Source of the DNA: Auanema rhodensis
Taxonomy: Eukaryota > Animalia > Nematoda
Length of the DNA: 64,000 nt
Direction of reading: 5' to 3'
NCBI GenBank assembly: GCA_964057225.1
Contig: OZ059898.1
Coordinates: 15,810,001 to 15,874,000, forward strand
Positions 1-12,664 of the stretch are shown piece after piece; the first letter of the stretch is position 1, and every line of letters starts with the position of its first letter. A program made the position numbers and the translations under genes. Below the pieces are notes generated by a model. It did no database searches. It saw only the letters and a program-made list of their open reading frames with translations, and was not told the DNA's origin.

Positions 1-106
1 CACTTATTATATATATATATGTTTTCTTTATTACATTCTTGTCTTAATTCTTCTGTTTATTTGAAACTTCATTTATTTTTCTTGTAACTCATCAGCATGA
101 TTTCAG

Positions 107-3100
107 ATGGACTTCCTGTCATCTACACAATCGACAGGCCTTTTGTCTTCAGCAGCCGCAGCTGCTGCAGCTGTAGCTGCTGTCGGAGTTCAGCAGGCAA
201 CATCAGAAGAGAAGGATTTGTTAGCTGTGATCGAAGCTAATGTTAGGCCATCAGATACCTATGAAAGACCTTCGCTTAGCTACAAAGATTTGATTATTGA
301 AGCTATTGAGAGTAGCCCAGAGAAGAGATTGAAATTAAATGAAATTTACCAGGTACGTATTTTCCTAATATAATATGTTTTTCATACAGTCAGGCCTTTG
401 TTCAATTTTGACATTTTGTGAGTGCACTAACCTCTATTTATGACCATCGCCTACAGTTATTACTCGATGACGTAAAGTTCCTCCGACATGATAAAAAGCA
501 GAGATATTCTGTCATTCGTCGTAAATTAGGATCTGACTCATACAGGGTTGAAATCATTTTTCGATTATCTTGCCATCATCAGATAGCTAGCAAAGCATAT
601 ACACATAAGAAGTATTTCGATTTTGCCTGAATCATAATGTTTTTAGCCTGATTACACATTATTTTTCTCTCTTTTTCTTTTTTTTGTCGTTTATATCAAG
701 CTCAACGGTTCGCATACTAGTTTTGCTCGTTGATAACATGATGTAATGATACGGCTAGTCATATGAGCTCTTTCAACTTTCAAAATATGGAAAAGAGCTC
801 AGCTCAGTAGACTGGTGTTTCAATTTTAAAAATATATGTCGCTTTTTGGCTTCGGCTTAGTCATTCGTCTAAGTTTATATTATGAATACTTTAGACTTGC
901 TGAATGCAATGTTTACACTTCCTGTCCTTAGCTTTGATCGCTTTGACTTTGACTTTTAGGATTTTGGTTGCTTTTTTTGGAACTTCACAAGAATTAAACA
1001 ACACAATATGTAATGTGTATATGTGTTTATTTAATTCTTGATTGTCTTTCCAAAATGTAAAGCTCAAAATACCGTCAGGAGGCCGTATGATGAGAATTGA
1101 AAGAAGAGTGGCCAGAAGCAGAAAAAATAAAAAAGGGGGAGCGATCTGTTAAAGGGTTATGAAGCAAAAGTGACGTTCTTTGAAAGCTGAGGCACTTTGG
1201 CAACTTTTTAGTATATAAAGGGACCTTTTCTGAATCGTTTTCTGATCAACAAATATACCAAGCAAGCAATCCAATACGTTCTATAGTCGTGCGCATTCTC
1301 ACCCTCAAATTAATTATTCTGCCTTTTCTGCCATTTTTGGAAAATAGAGCAATAAACGCTCTTACTTTTGGATTCTATGTCCTTACTGGCCTACTCTCTA
1401 TATTCCCGAAACTTTTATTCCGTGTTTCTGCTCTATAGTTTTCTCTTCATATGTTCCAATAGTTCAGGAGAACAAAATAATAATCGGAAACAGATTCAGT
1501 TGCCATGGGGGGAACCCTAGAAGAGAAACATGAGAATACCTCAGTTTCCTATATTTGGAAGTAGCTTACCCAATAACTTAATATTAAATCGTTATTACAG
1601 TGTAGTTTTCAAATATAATTTCGATCATGAAATAGCGAATATCCTGCTAAATGTAATGTGGAGGTAATAGCAACATGAGCCAAATTATCAGCGTTTTTCC
1701 ACTAACAACATGCTGCTGATATTTGTGTCACAAAATACGGGCAAAGCCTCCGATAGCTTCCGGCAGATTTCGCAACAACTTGATTGCTTTGAGTTCCAGA
1801 GTTCATAGCTCTTTTCTGAAACGATTTCCTTTCTTGTGTCCTTGTTGCAAGCATATAATGTAACATTGAAGTTATCCATGAAGAACAGGGCTGTTATGCT
1901 ATAAGATGAACGGAATTATTGGTTTTTTCTTCTTAATTTCATCATTGTCAGTCATTGTTTGAACGTTTCTATTAATCAAAAAATGAAAAATAGACTTAAT
2001 CTACCTTCAAATGATCTTTGTACTACCTTTAATGCTCTTTTCTTAAGTACTGAGACCAAAACTCATGCACTTTTCCGACACTGCATATAGATTGAAACAT
2101 CTTCAGAGTTCTCTTTGCTTTTCTCTCTCGGCATTATACTTTATAAAGCCAATTGATCTGCTTGATTGATCAAACCTTTAATAAAAGAGCTTTTATTTGC
2201 TTTGAAAACAAAAAATAAATGTCTCTAAAGTTTCAGCGTATTATGTGAAAGTGAGATGTATGTGCACATAAGCTTTCTCAGATAAATAAGAAAATGTTAT
2301 TGAAAAGATTATCATCTACGAAGCATTGAATGTAAGGCTTTCAGTTTTCTGTTCTCGGATTAGAAGGCGCAAATCGGCAGAAAACTAAGTTCAGCCATTA
2401 GCCTTGTTAAGTCAAAAGCTATCAGGTTCTTAAGCTTATTACCTTCTTCTCCTATCTGTGGCAAAAGTAGTATCAACTGTTCCGCTTATAATCACTTGAA
2501 AGCGTCTGATTAGTCAGAAACAGAGAAAAAACAAAGGAACTCACTTCAAACTCGTAATATTCTGCCCTGATTTCATATCTGTATCATCACGTGTTATTCT
2601 CTATACTGTTCATTGGCCCATCATCACTACCTTCGTCCGAAGTTCTTTCTTTCAAAAATGACAAGTGGCTTTATTGTTTGCACGACGTTTTATCAAATTT
2701 TTTAATTGAAATTCTTTTTTTTTTTTGATTAAAATTCATTAATATATTTTTGCAGGTCATTCGTCTTTTACATCCATATTATCGTCACCGACCAGATCAA
2801 TGGGGCTGGCAAAATTCCATCAGACACAACTTATCACTTCATGACTGCTTCGTCAAGTTACCATTGAAGCAAACTTCAGCCAGTGGAGTTGTCGGTAAGC
2901 CATGTTCCCTTTCAAGATATGCAAGCCAATTCATAATGATTACCTCCAAATCAAAACTTTCTTTTGAGTAGTTCAGAAAGGACAATACATTGAGCACAAA
3001 ATACTTAATTATAATCTCTTAAAGCTTAATCAAGTTTATTAACACATGACAGCAGGTTCCACAGTTACATTCTTTAGTCTTTAGAAGTTTCATTTTTCTC

Positions 3101-4567
3101 TCTCTCCTTCAACTGTCAATGTTTACCAGTTATAAAAAAGATCAGTTAAACACTTTTCACGAGGGTCTTACTTAGTTAAAGCAACAACAATGAAAATGAA
3201 AGGCTTGATATGTCAACTGAAACATCTTTTCGAGAATTTTTTCAGAATATATCTGCTCTACTGGTTCTCACTGAGCTCAAATATCAAATAAAGTTCTTTT
3301 TTCTTTGGTTTTTTTTCAATTTAGCAGTTGGGCAACCTTACTTCTAAATGAATTTTTCGCAATGCTGCTCAAGGCTTAAAGCTTACTTCCCGCTGTCTAT
3401 GTCTTGAGTTCCTCCTCACATACGTAGTAAATTGACTAAATGTATGTTTGATGTTTGTATGTTTTCAAGATACTTCTGACAAGTTGAGTTTTTCTTCCTC
3501 TTTCATTGTCAATTTGATCTTCGTGAAGTTGTTTACGTCTTCTGAGGGCGAACTGGCATGTCGTTTGACCACAAGGGAGATCAAAAGCCAAAAGTTTTTG
3601 GTGGCTATGTATATATGCGTAAGCTGTTTCTGGAAAGATTAATTAATCTGAAGCTAGCAAGTCAATACATACATACTTACGGCTTTTCTTGTCGAACAAC
3701 AAGCAGCATGCAAATAACCTCTTAAGCTAAGAATGCCCGAAACACATATTCTCACAGTGACGGCTTTCCTACTAGTTGAATCGAAATGGAAACGAAACAT
3801 GAGTTCTGTGTGAATATACAGATGTTGTTGGACAATTGATGATGTTTCATGTTTTATATGAAACATCATCAATAGTTCAAATATATAGCTGTCAAAACTT
3901 GATGTCATTTGTGGTAAAAAGATGGGATTCTGAATGAATTGGCTTGACATTTTTTATTTAGTAACCTTTTAAGATCGCTGTAAATATGAATTTATTAGCT
4001 TCAGGTCACTTCTGGACTGTCGTGCCCGAACTCAGTGATAAGCAGACCCTTCGTCGTCGCAATCGTCAAGCTACTCGTACTGCTTCACGAACGAAAACTA
4101 TGGAATCTATTGGAAGCACAAAGGAAGAAACATCAACATCTTCTGGAGGCAGTTCACCTACACCATCCACAACCTCTGTTAGTCCTCCAAGTGACTTGCC
4201 AAAACCTCTACCAAGCTATGGTAACCTGGACATTTTGAATGTCATGAACGGTGATAGCAGCTACTACGGACAATCGCTGCTCCAGGCCTACTTATACCAA
4301 CAAGGTAAGAAATGGAATCTCTTTGTAAAGCTTAATATAATATGATTTTTAGGATTGTTAAACATCCAACAGCAATTGGTAGAATTGGCTGCTAACGGTA
4401 CAAATCCATTAGCTAACCTAACTGCCAATAACCTATCTGTGAATCCTTTACTGGCATTGAGTTTGGCTGCTAACAATCTGCAGACTTTAAGTGCCTTGAG
4501 TACGCCGGCTCCTGCTTCCCCTATCAACCCGACTCCCATCAAACAGGAGCCCGCTTTCATGCTCTGA
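107..4567 (+). CDS. fkh-9: Forkhead (winged-helix) transcription factor, FKH-9-like; exons 107-352, 2756-2894, 4005-4304, 4353-4567 (299 aa)
   Basis: Spliced forkhead domain [29 protein letters not shown]|VIRLLHPYY...[17 protein letters not shown]...G|HFWTV. GT-AG introns with consistent phase, TTTCAG directly before the ATG. Symbol from recalled similarity to C. elegans FKH-9. Confidence 0.88.
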
Positions 4568-5073
4568 TTCTCTGTTGGTTGTGTGACTTCTCTATAACTT
4601 CACACTGTCGTCGCCGCTCGTTTGAAGAGAAGCTCTAAGCTCGCAGAATTTAAACTTCTGGAATTTACTGCCCGTTCCACTCCTTCCTTTCATGCAACAT
4701 TCATCTCTCCAAACTATCTCTATGTCTCTCTTATGCTCCAATTGATACGTTTAGTTACTAGATGCCCAGTTCTTTATATAGTAACATTTCTTATGAACCA
4801 AATTTGTTCTTCTATTACTATCCGACTGTGTCGGATTCGGGTTTATTCTTAACGTAAAGGGTAAACCGTATACGTCTTCTAGGCCACAATGGCGAATGAG
4901 CTAGATGCTGCTGAAAATTCTAAGTAGTGACAATTCTTGACCATTCCAGATTATAGGCCACAAATGCTTTTGTTATACAAAGCTAAATAATCAAAACATA
5001 TTCGAATGAAATCAGAAGAACTGTCTTAAACTTTTGCGCGGAGGGCTTGTATACCTGTATTCCACATAAGCCC

Positions 5074-5081
5074 CTACCTCA
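5074..5081 (+). promoter_or_regulatory. let-7-family 8mer seed match (CTACCTCA) in the presumed fkh-9 3' UTR
   Basis: Exact complement of the let-7 seed, between the stop (4567) and AATAAA at 6172. Function is inferred. Confidence 0.35.
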
Positions 5082-6384
5082 CTTGTGAAGTCTCAGAGTA
5101 CGATGAACAACCCTTTATATAAATCCATCTGGAGCGTTCTTCTATTCAACTTGTCTTGCAATCGCCTACTAAAGTTGGCTATTTTAATCTTAATAAGCAA
5201 TGTTTTTGTTTTTTTTTTGTTTTTTTATGAACTTTTTTTCCCCAAAGTTTTGCAACAGCCTGCTTCTCAAATCCATTTTACCAACCTCTAGCAATGTTTC
5301 TTTTTTCATATGTAAAGTTGTTTTTTTTTCTCTCGTACCAACATCAACATAAGTTCTCGTCCTACCCGCCCGTTGTCTTCCGGTACTGAATGTTCTTATC
5401 ATCATAGTCTCAATCATACTTCTATCTAAGAAAGAAAATCTAAGCTAGGTCCCAAAACGGAAGCTATCTCTCCTAGCATTCTGAATACATGTTGTTGCGC
5501 CGGTTGTGTATTATTTTTGTCTCGGTGTTTCTAGCGATCGATTTCGTTGACTGTTGATCTCGTGTCCCACGATTCGTTTAATGCTGTACTATTCATTTAA
5601 AAACCGTAATAAGTTTCTAAATAGAACAAAGGAATAGCCTTAGTAGAAGCTGTTTAAATCAGCTCTCGTCTAAGCATAGCGCTAGTGTGATATACCGTCG
5701 CCACCACACATAGTATATATATACATCTATATATATATATATATATATATACATCTATACATCTATATGTAATTCATATATGGCTGTCTCTTATTATGTA
5801 CTTCATTATATTTTTCTTCGTTGTCGTCTTATATTATACAAATCATAACATTTTCCATCCAATTATATAAGAGATACTATTGTCTAACCTAACTGCTGGT
5901 CTTATGGAAATCCGTTATAAACTATTATCAATCCTAGATTTGTTCATATGCAACAATTCCTCTTTATTCATCTCTATGGTTTAATTCTATGAACTGAACT
6001 CATACCTTTTTTTGGTATGCTTGCCTCCAGTTGTGTATATTTGTCCCCCGCCCCTCACCCTCCCTATCTATGTACTTAAGATTCCTCATAAAGCCCTATG
6101 AACTGATGTTTGTTAGACCAGTACCACACCGGTCACCGAGCAATCAATTGTTGTCGTTATTATATTCAGAAAATAAAATGTAGTTTTAATTAAGTCTTTT
6201 ATTCAACAAGAAGTATTTTATACAACGCATGTCGAATCGTGCTGGATATTGTGCCAGTGTGAAGTATAATAAGTAGTGAGCCGCATAGAACAATAAAACA
6301 AGCAACACAAATAAATTGTTGAGAATGCATATTAATTAGTATTAACTCAATAGGGTTATGAGAAAAAGAAGGCTTTAATCCCTT

Positions 6385-8385
6385 TTAACGACGTTTAGTT
6401 CTCTTCTTCGTTGAACCTCTTGTTCTGGGAGCATTCCCTGTGTAGGGAACCCCTGGTTCAGGTACTGGATCAAGTGGAACTCGAAGCATTTGGCACCATC
6501 CCACGGGGAAAAGATCAGGAGAACTAAAAGAAAGTTTTGGAAAAATGTGGTTTTTAAAATCTAACTCGATATCCAGAAACTGATCAAACTCATCAAGCCA
6601 TCCATCGAAAGCGATACGGAGCAGTCTACCATGCTGTGATTTAATTGTGGCTGGGCAGATGCCGATTCTTTCCACAGTGTCAAAAGCTTCAATTTTTGAA
6701 CCAATCTAGATTAAAAAATCACTAGTCAAAAATGAAAGCCAAAATTACAGGAAATTCTGCCAATCTTTCAGGTAGAGGATCAGGCTTGAAGAGAGTAATT
6801 GGGGCTGGTTGGCTATTAGTAGATGACAAATAGCGACTCCATTCAAAATGTTTGACATCTTTATTATTTTGAAATTTAGAAAATAATTTAAAACTCAGAA
6901 AAACCTGGAGGAGCTTTTAGTTCAATTCCATGCTTCATACAGTATCCAACTGGGAAGAGATTTGGAGAAAGGCAATGAAGTGGAATCAAATCTGTTTCCG
7001 AATTTGGACCATCCAAACTTATTATCATGAAACCATCCTGAAAACCAATTGCTTATTTCAAAGTTACTAACTCTTGTATTCACCGAGAGAATTCTGTGAA
7101 CAGTTGCTACATGCAACACAGAGTTAGTACTGTTCAAAGGATCTTGAACTTCAAGTTTCATACGTCTCTCGAATTTTCCAATTTGAGTAAATGTTGACTG
7201 AAGACACATTAATAAATATGATAAATAAGAATAACTTTACTTCAACTCGAATAAACTCCAGAATATCTTCTTTTCTCAAATCATTATTAGTATATGGAGG
7301 TGGCGTACCCTTAAATGTCATGACTATCTTGAAACATCATAGCTGTTTGACTAACAGATCTCAAAGCACTGGCCACGTCCTGACTATGTTTGATATAGTC
7401 TGAATCAGCTAGTATGCCGAATCCGTTAAGTGCTGCCCAACCAACGTGGAACAATTGAGTGTTGTACTGGTCAATCCAGAATGTCTATGAAATTAGTTGC
7501 TAAAGACAAATAAATTAAAATAACTCTCACCATGTTGATAGTAGGATCATCGGCTATGTATATATCAAAGCACAAACGACGACCAAGAACAGCTCTCAAA
7601 GTTCCAAGACGAAGGTTGGCTCCTTGAACTTTTGAAAGAATTTCAGCACGCATTCCAATCTGGTTGAAAAAATATTAAAACAGTTACTCTATCACTACCG
7701 TACCTTTACTCTCGAATTAGTGCTGAGTGGCGTTTTAGCCAGATCTCTATCTAAAACAAAAGATGGTGACAGAGCTCTGTGCAGAGGTGTATCGAGACCT
7801 CCAGCAGGCATCATTCTCGATGGATCACCACAGCTTTCAATAGCAACTTGGGGTGGAATTATTTTGAAATTCCCGTAGGGAATGTTTTGTCTGTAAGTCA
7901 AAGTTTATGAAGCACGGAAAGGAATATTTTACATTGGCACAATTCGAGGATCTCCAATGTGTAGCCACAATCCAGCATTTGGATCATCTTCAACTCCAAG
8001 CCAGCGGAAATAAACATAATAGCCAGCAATCTACAAAACAGAAAATGAGACTTAATGTATACACGATTTATCATGTACATGAAGTCCACAGCCAATCCAT
8101 GCTACCTTATTGCCACTCTCATCAGTGTTGTAAATGATTGCAACCTTTGAAATATAATTTAGAAAGATATTACTATTTAAGAAACTTACACTGCATTGCT
8201 CGAAATCGGGAAGATATTGACGGAGATCTACATGTTTGAAAGCAGAAATCGGAACATAATTTGGAATCTGATAGGTAGGACAGTGCTCTAAAAACGAAAT
8301 AATTTTGACAATTAAATAAGTATGTCTAACTTGGCAGTTGTTCAACCCAGTGTGTGCTGGATATCTCTATAAAGTCGTCAGCCAT
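6385..8385 (-). CDS. MBT (malignant brain tumour) repeat chromatin reader, LIN-61/MBTR-1-like; about 11 exons
   Basis: MBT motifs after splicing: IAGYYVYFRWLG, LFHVGWAALNG, MKLEVQDPLN...HVATV, ICPATIKSQHGRLLRIAFDGW...DLFPVGWCQ. Basic C-terminal tail KKRTKRR. tttag acceptor before the ATG at 8385. Confidence 0.88.
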
Positions 8386-11300
8386 TCTAAACTGTGCAAT
8401 TTTGCTTATTTAATTTAATATTGTTCAGAATCAACATAAATTTCATAAGGTGTTCTACTTTAGGATAATAAAACATGCTTGTAAATTTTCGGAATGCGGG
8501 CAATATTGATTGATTAATTATTTCTTGTTCATCCTTTTGGAGTATAATACAAAACAAATATGCATATCTAATAAATATTTGAATTTTAGTTCGTGTGTTC
8601 AAGTGAATTCTTAAAAAAAGATACAGGAATTTGTATAATTCTACAACAAATAAATACTTCAAATGAATGACTGATTAAATTTGCGCGGTTATTAGACTCA
8701 AATCGTTATAGCAAGAGTTTATACGTAGTCTAAACTACACAAGATCACTGTAATTAAAAGAAGGTTCAAACAAGAGACTGACCAAAAAGAAAATTTAGCA
8801 CAAAATGAAATCTAGGCTGCAATAGTGAGCTTATATACCTAGGTGACTGATGGAGTTTTGCCCTTTATTGTATGAGTTACATCATTAGTAATGGTAGAGA
8901 TGGCATTTTCGTCAACAACAAAGAAAAGTTTGAATAATATTATTCATTTTGCTTATTACCTTTAGTAATTTTTTTCTGCAATATCATCAAAAGGTTCATT
9001 TAAAACCGAAAACCAATTAGACCACAAACAAGTTAACCAAATACTTCGAAAAAGAGAATTCCTCTGTGTCATTTTTTGTCCCCAAGGAAGAAATCTTATA
9101 ATTCTGAAAATATGTTTATTTCAACTTTGATGAAATAATTGGGATCTCAAAGATCTAACACTTTTAGCATTCTTTCCTTTTTTTCCCCAAAAAACGTACA
9201 ATTACCGTAATACGCATATAATAAACTTAAAATAGAACATAATAATTATATAAATCTTGTGAAAATTATCAAAAATAAGCTAAATATGATGATAAATTTT
9301 TAACATTTGTGTTATTTGGCATATTATATGTTTCTTTTATTTTGGTGATTACTTTTACCTGCTTTTCAGACGCAAGATAATCTTTGTGTTAATTGCTAAA
9401 ACAAACATAAAATATTCATTTTGTAATGTTATGAATAGTTAAATTTTATGAACCTATATTAGTAGAAATTGTGAGTCTTAAAGTAAAAACAGAACACGAT
9501 TTCGATTTGATTTTTGAATATTGAGTAAGTTCGAACATAGATTAATCTGAAAATCAATGAATTCATATTTTTAAGCCTAAACCTAAACCTAATTTATCCA
9601 TAAGATACAAGTCATAAGTATTGTACTATCCGATTGCAATAGAGCCACACATATTGTCTCTTTTTAAACTCTGACGCACCCCTGTCCCTCTTCCTGACAA
9701 TCAGAAGAAAAAGAAGGTTAATTTGAAGCTGAAGTTTCTAGAAAATGCTAGGTTTCAGGTACAACTGCTGACCACGATCAATACCTTGAAATTATTTATG
9801 CTAGGGCGGAAATACTAAACAGGACCATGTTGATTGGAGCATCCTCAGACTCGCTTAACAACGGAAATACTACCAACCATTTGAATAAAGAGCTATATTA
9901 GCTGATACTTAGGCATATGTTACTTAAATATAAAATTACGGCTTCTGATTTTTTTCGACAGTGATGTCCAGCATAGTGTGCCTTGGAATACCTTCTTCGG
10001 AAGTGGGTGTTTCCCAGAACAAAACAAAATACATTTTTCTAGGAGTACTTCTACTTAGAAAGATGAGTTTGATGATCATTTCACTTCTTATTTTCTAGGT
10101 TCGTATAGCTCATCTCCTTATAAAATGCTAATACGTTCCAGTAAAGTTCAAAGCAAGCAATGATAGCCTCCATTATATGTATAACACTAACAACACTATG
10201 TTCCACATGTAACACGACAAAATGGGCGCCTAACCTAACTACGAATGCCAACCTACATGCTCCAGGCATCTTCAATTAGTCACTTATCGAAGCATTTTCA
10301 ATAATATAAAAGATCAAAAAGTATTACAATAACATTTTTTTTAATTTTTCTTGAGTTTGCTTAGTAGATTTTGAAACTAATTAACAGGAAAATGCTGAAC
10401 AATATATACCAAGTTTGCGATATAACTGTGTAACAAGTTTACCGTCAGAACCGGCCCTGTTATAATTTTGGTAAAGATCAGGTTTCTTTCCGGTAGATAC
10501 GGTGCAATCAGTTCTTGGAAACTTGAAAATATTCAAAATTCAAGATATTCAAGCCAGAATATACTAAAGAAATCACGATGTTTCAGATTGGATAATATAC
10601 CAAATTGCCGGGTATATTATCCGATACGAATTACTATTCAATAAAAGTGAGACATCAGAAAATTATTACAAAATTCTCCAAATAAAATTCATCATTGAGA
10701 AGTATATATGTATAATATGTATCTGTAAAAGTTTAAATAATGAATGAAATGAGAGCTAATCTCATTTTAATTTTAAATAATATATTTCATATCATGTCTC
10801 ACATTTGTTCAAATAAATATAGTAACACTTTGCAAAGCATTTTATTATCTGAATTCCTAACTTCCTTTATACAATATGAGTCCTATTATGGCTTTATTTG
10901 AAAAATGTAGTATAAATTTGTACATACAGATAAACTGTAAATTTGAAGCAACTCTTGGAAAGGCTAGATATCTGCTTTCAATCCATAATTTCACATCTTG
11001 TAAAAATGTTGTGTCTGTCATAGCTGTTTTTCATATTTATTATGTGAATATGTGAATATGATAGCGCTAAATATGAAGAAAGCTTTAGCCAAAAACAGTC
11101 CTCAAGTTGTTGATAAATAACATAGCAATAAGTACATCAGATTTTTGCACTGCGTTTACAATCATTTGTGCGGCAGTTGCGAATGCTGACTATATGTCAT
11201 TCTCTGTCTTCAAAGTAAGCATAAACTGAATAATTTTGTTGTCATAGAAACATTGTATTTAATTTATCAGTTTTAATTTCTATGTCATATGTACGAATTT

Positions 11301-11410
11301 ACTATATTTCTATCTACAAGTATAAGTTTTTCTCCTGTATACTTAATAATTAGCTTTTAAAATACTAATGTATGATGACAAACAATATTCACGTTTTTCA
11401 GTAGTTAAGA

Positions 11411-12408
11411 ATGGCTTATATGAAGTACGATGCCAAACAAAATCCTTTAGATGAATTAAAAGCATTTAAAGCTACTATGGAGCATGTTAAAGCTCATCCT
11501 GATTGGAGAACCAGCAGATTTATTGAGCATCAGAGATGGAATCCTTACTCCATGGAAGGAGGGTATGTATATCTTTTCAAAATCTTATAAACCTTTGAAA
11601 TTCCAGTTCCACTTGTGCTTTGGCTGGGGATGACTTTGTTATTGTCGCTAGTGATACTAGAATGTCACAACACGATATTAATATCATTACAAGAGATGCC
11701 GAAAAAATCCATATTTTGTAAGACTTTAACATATAGAAAAATTACGGATGTTTTTTTTAGAAATGATTCCATCATCCTTACTACTTGTGGATTTTATGGT
11801 GATGTTCTTCAATTGAAACGTGTTTTGCAGGTTTAGCTATATTGATAATTCTTCTTCTAATCTTTTATTAATTCAGAGTCGTCTTCATAAATTCCGCTTT
11901 GATTTCCGTGCAGATATGACTGTTGATCTTGGCTCTGAGCTTCTTGCCAGAAATCTTTATTACAAGCGTTTCTTCCCTTACTACACTGGAGCCATTCTCG
12001 CTGGTATTGACGAAAAGGGTAACACATTTATTTCGCAATGTTTATTTTTCATCTTTTTTTTTAGGCAAAGGAGCCGTTTTCAGTTATGATCCAATTGGTT
12101 GTGTAGAAAGATTGGCATATTCTGCTAGTGGAGCTGCTGAACCAATGATCATTCCTTTCCTTGATTGTCAAGTTGGACATGTTACCTTATCCGATGACGT
12201 TGAGAAACCTGCACTCACCATTCAAAGAGCTACCTCTTTAATCAAGGTTTTTTTTTATTGATTACAATGATAATCGCTTTTTTTTTATTAGGACGCGTTC
12301 CGTACCGCTGCTGAAAGAGAAATTTCCACTGGAGACAAGATTCATCTCGTCATTGCACAAGCAGGAAAACCAATTCAACAACAATTCCTTGCTCTCCGTG
12401 AAGATTAA
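11411..12408 (+). CDS. pbs-6: 20S proteasome beta subunit (PSMB1/beta6 type); 6 exons
   Basis: RWNPYSMEGG|STCALAGDDFVIVASDTRMS, LYYKRFFPYYTGAILAGIDEKG|KGAVFSYDPIG, DAFRTAAEREISTGD, C-terminal LRED*. Confidence 0.95.
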
Positions 12409-12664
12409 GCTCTTTTTTAATTTATTTATATATGAAACCTTGATCTGTCTAATATTCGCATCCGAGGGTAAATGTGCCGGTCGATCGTCTATAAACTGTT
12501 TGTAACTATTGTATTTGTTTTTTGAATGTGTTTAGACACTTCAATACTGAAATTAACAAGCATCGTCTTAAATATGCGTAGACATTAACATATGTGTTTG
12601 TGTATATTCTTTTCTATTTTCAAGTGATGAGTGAAAGAAAAACAAGAAGAATACAATATTGATT

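Noticed and set aside
5035-5083. Minus-strand TGAGGTAGGGGC... as a let-7-family pre-miRNA
   Set aside because: Only about 8 bp of stem, with the seed region unpaired; better read as a target site on the + strand.
9575-9592. GCCTAA-ACCTAA-ACCTAA telomere-like run as a DNA-elimination or telomere-addition site
   Set aside because: One perfect and two variant units only; no array or supporting palindrome.
9700-10660. Exon-like fragments between the MBT gene and pbs-6 (for example IAGYIIR)
   Set aside because: I could not assemble a stop-free phase-consistent model or recognise a family; at most a decayed relic.
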